This document shows, piece after piece, positions 61,988 through 64,000 of a stretch of 64,000 bases of DNA; position 1 is the stretch's first letter; the number at the start of each line of letters is the position of its first letter. A program made the translations under genes and the position numbers. The notes beneath the pieces are model-generated. The model saw nothing but the letters and a program-made list of their open reading frames with translations. It was not told the DNA's origin and did no database searches. The stretch lies in sequence record PQ416618.1, one strand, 5' to 3'. Source of the DNA: Escherichia phage vB_VIPECOMC06.

Positions 61988-63970
61988 TTAGCCACTTACA
62001 GTACCAATTAGTTCGTCGAAATCGGCACCGGTTGCTGTTGCTACAAAGTTCAACGTAATATAATTTATCGAGCGGGCAGGTTGTAAGTAGAAAGTAGCTA
62101 CAAATTCATTACGGTCGATAACTGCTGGGGTGTTATTGGTAGTATCACAAACAACTTTAAAGTTATATACACCACCAAGAGCTTTAATACCCTGTAGATA
62201 TTGAGAAGTCTCTGTACGGAAAGAAGAACGGGTAAATGCGTTGTTCAATTCAAACAGGCGATATTTAGATGCTGAACCAATGTTCGTTTTAACCATATTG
62301 AACAAACGACGAACGTTAATACGGTCAAATGGTGAAGGAACAGAAGTGGCAGTTTTATCACCATACAGAACATACCCATCACCACCGGTACCAGTAACAG
62401 GGTTAATAGCTTCCTGATACAAACGATCGCGCTGTGGTTGGCGAGTTTCAATTGCAAGCTTAATAACGTTAAGAATTTGTCCACGGTTATAACCGGCAGG
62501 AGACATCCAAGGCTGAGAAATATTGTCTGTGCGAGCACAAAGACCAGCAATATCAGCAGCTAATGGAACCCAACGATTCACGTCGTTATATTTGTCATAT
62601 TGATATTTATAGTTACCGTCAATAGCAGCATAAGTAGAACTTATATTAAAGTTATTATCGGTGTAAGTTCCTGACGCAGTACGCCAATCAACCAGATTAT
62701 CAACTGCACGATTAACAGGAATACCGACTATGGTTGCACGTGGCGGTGAGCAAAGAACCAAACAATCTTGGCGAGAATCACCAATTGCTACAACATGTTT
62801 CTGAACTGTAGAAGCAACTTCTAAAGATTCACCTGCACAAGAACCGGCAATAAACAACTGCGCATTAACAGATTCACGGTCAGCAAACAAATCCCAAGCT
62901 TCCATTAAATCACCAGCGTCAACCGTTTCATTAGATGATAAGCCACCACTCAGTTTGATTACACCAGAGAAACCTTTTGGCCAACCTTGTGCAGTAGCGA
63001 AAATATAATTGCTTGCGCCTTTAGCAAAGAAATCATCAATAAAGATATTACTACCATAAATATCGCGTTCACCGCGCTTAGTAGAAAGAATTACGCTCTG
63101 AACTACAGCATCGTTACGACGAACGATAATTGCATATTGGTCATCAGTTTGCGGGCCATATCCAAACACTGCTTTAGCAGTAGATGCACGAGTACCACCA
63201 TCAGGATAAATTTTTAACTGGGCTGAAGCACCTTTGTCATAGTCTGCTTTAGATACGATTTCAATTTCAAGCTGGTCACCAAGTTCACCAGGATAAAGAG
63301 CAACTACGCCTGGGACACCATATTTTTTAATAGATTCTTGGAAAGTTAGAGAAGTAATAGCTTCTTCAGAAGTTTCAACTTCAGTTAACAGAATACCCGA
63401 ATCGGTTACGATAGAACCAATTGTAATAACGCCGGAAAGTCCAGAAGAAGAACTGGCAACTTCGGCCGTCCAATTAGAACCCAATGTCGGATATTCATTA
63501 ATTTCTTTTGCACGAGCAATAATTTTACCGGTTGGGATATAAATGTTAAGAATTTTACCATCGACATCAACTGAAGTGACATAACCATCTGCTTCAACAG
63601 TTTCAGTCAAATACTTAACGATAATTTTATCACCAACTGCATAGTTACTACCAGTAGCAGAGATTGTGAATTCAATATTGCCTGCTACAGGAGATGAGTT
63701 CTTAGCAGTATCACGATCAACTGCGCGTACAACACGAAGGTCATTACCATATTGAAGGAAGTTCATAGCAGACATGAAATAATCTGCTGTATCCGTATTA
63801 GGAGTACCAAACATATCAACTAATGAAACTTCATCAGTGATTTGTTTAATCTGGAATGCCGGTCCCCATTGGAATTTTCCAGCCAGGGCAGCAGTACCAG
63901 TGGAGTTATTAACTACAGTACTCTGTACGGTAGTTTCTTTGAGCTCAACGCCCGGAGAGAGAAGTGCCAT
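61988..63970 (-). CDS. 18: Tail sheath protein gp18
   Basis: 660 aa; MALLSPGVELKETTVQSTVVNNSTGTAALAGKFQWGPAFQ… matches T4 gp18. Confidence 0.95.
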   Translation of the reverse strand: MALLSPGVELKETTVQSTVVNNSTGTAALAGKFQWGPAFQIKQITDEVSLVDMFGTPNTDTADYFMSAMNFLQYGNDLRVVRAVDRDTAKNSSPVAGNIEFTISATGSNYAVGDKIIVKYLTETVEADGYVTSVDVDGKILNIYIPTGKIIARAKEINEYPTLGSNWTAEVASSSSGLSGVITIGSIVTDSGILLTEVETSEEAITSLTFQESIKKYGVPGVVALYPGELGDQLEIEIVSKADYDKGASAQLKIYPDGGTRASTAKAVFGYGPQTDDQYAIIVRRNDAVVQSVILSTKRGERDIYGSNIFIDDFFAKGASNYIFATAQGWPKGFSGVIKLSGGLSSNETVDAGDLMEAWDLFADRESVNAQLFIAGSCAGESLEVASTVQKHVVAIGDSRQDCLVLCSPPRATIVGIPVNRAVDNLVDWRTASGTYTDNNFNISSTYAAIDGNYKYQYDKYNDVNRWVPLAADIAGLCARTDNISQPWMSPAGYNRGQILNVIKLAIETRQPQRDRLYQEAINPVTGTGGDGYVLYGDKTATSVPSPFDRINVRRLFNMVKTNIGSASKYRLFELNNAFTRSSFRTETSQYLQGIKALGGVYNFKVVCDTTNNTPAVIDRNEFVATFYLQPARSINYITLNFVATATGADFDELIGTVSG

Positions 63971-64000
63971 TTTAATTCCTCTTAATTTGCTTTATTTTAT

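Overview
This window is a near-colinear segment of a T4-like (T-even, Straboviridae/Tevenvirinae-type) myovirus genome. Gene identities come from my recognition of the translated ORFs against remembered T4 proteins plus T4 synteny; no database search was run. Order, left to right: ndd (5' truncated), two small membrane ORFs, topoisomerase gp52, motA, small early ORFs, asiA; then on the minus strand holin t, gp38 and long tail fibre genes 37-36-35-34; then a long plus-strand early/middle block (rnh, dsbA, 33, a GIY-YIG endonuclease, 59, 32, frd, td, nrdA, nrdB, denA, rnlA, alc, spanins, pseT, a DAHP synthase, cd, 31, rIII, a hypervariable cluster, ligase gp30, alt); then baseplate hub genes 54-48-29-28-27-51 (minus), 26-25-uvsY (plus), uvsW (minus), inh-hoc-rnlB (plus), and head/tail genes 24-23-22-21-68-67-20-19-18 (minus). 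Regulatory signals are dense: about a dozen early promoters (GTTTAC -35, TAtAAT-like -10), many with an inverted repeat around the -10 (PeSL-like); TATAAATA late promoters ahead of late genes; MotA-box middle promoters; and many UUCG/GNRA-type terminator hairpins. I found no single clear-cut novel multi-gene system. The best candidates for novelty are accessory insertions in a conserved backbone: a complete class-I DAHP synthase between pseT and cd, a NADAR plus HAD-phosphatase pair and a run of promoter-driven unknown ORFs between rIII and ligase, a GIY-YIG endonuclease between 33 and 59, an early ORF inside the 23/24 late module, intron-less td and nrdB, and several sub-60-aa ORFs missing from the track. 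Coordinates of promoters, hairpins and sub-threshold ORFs were hand-counted and may be off by a few nt.
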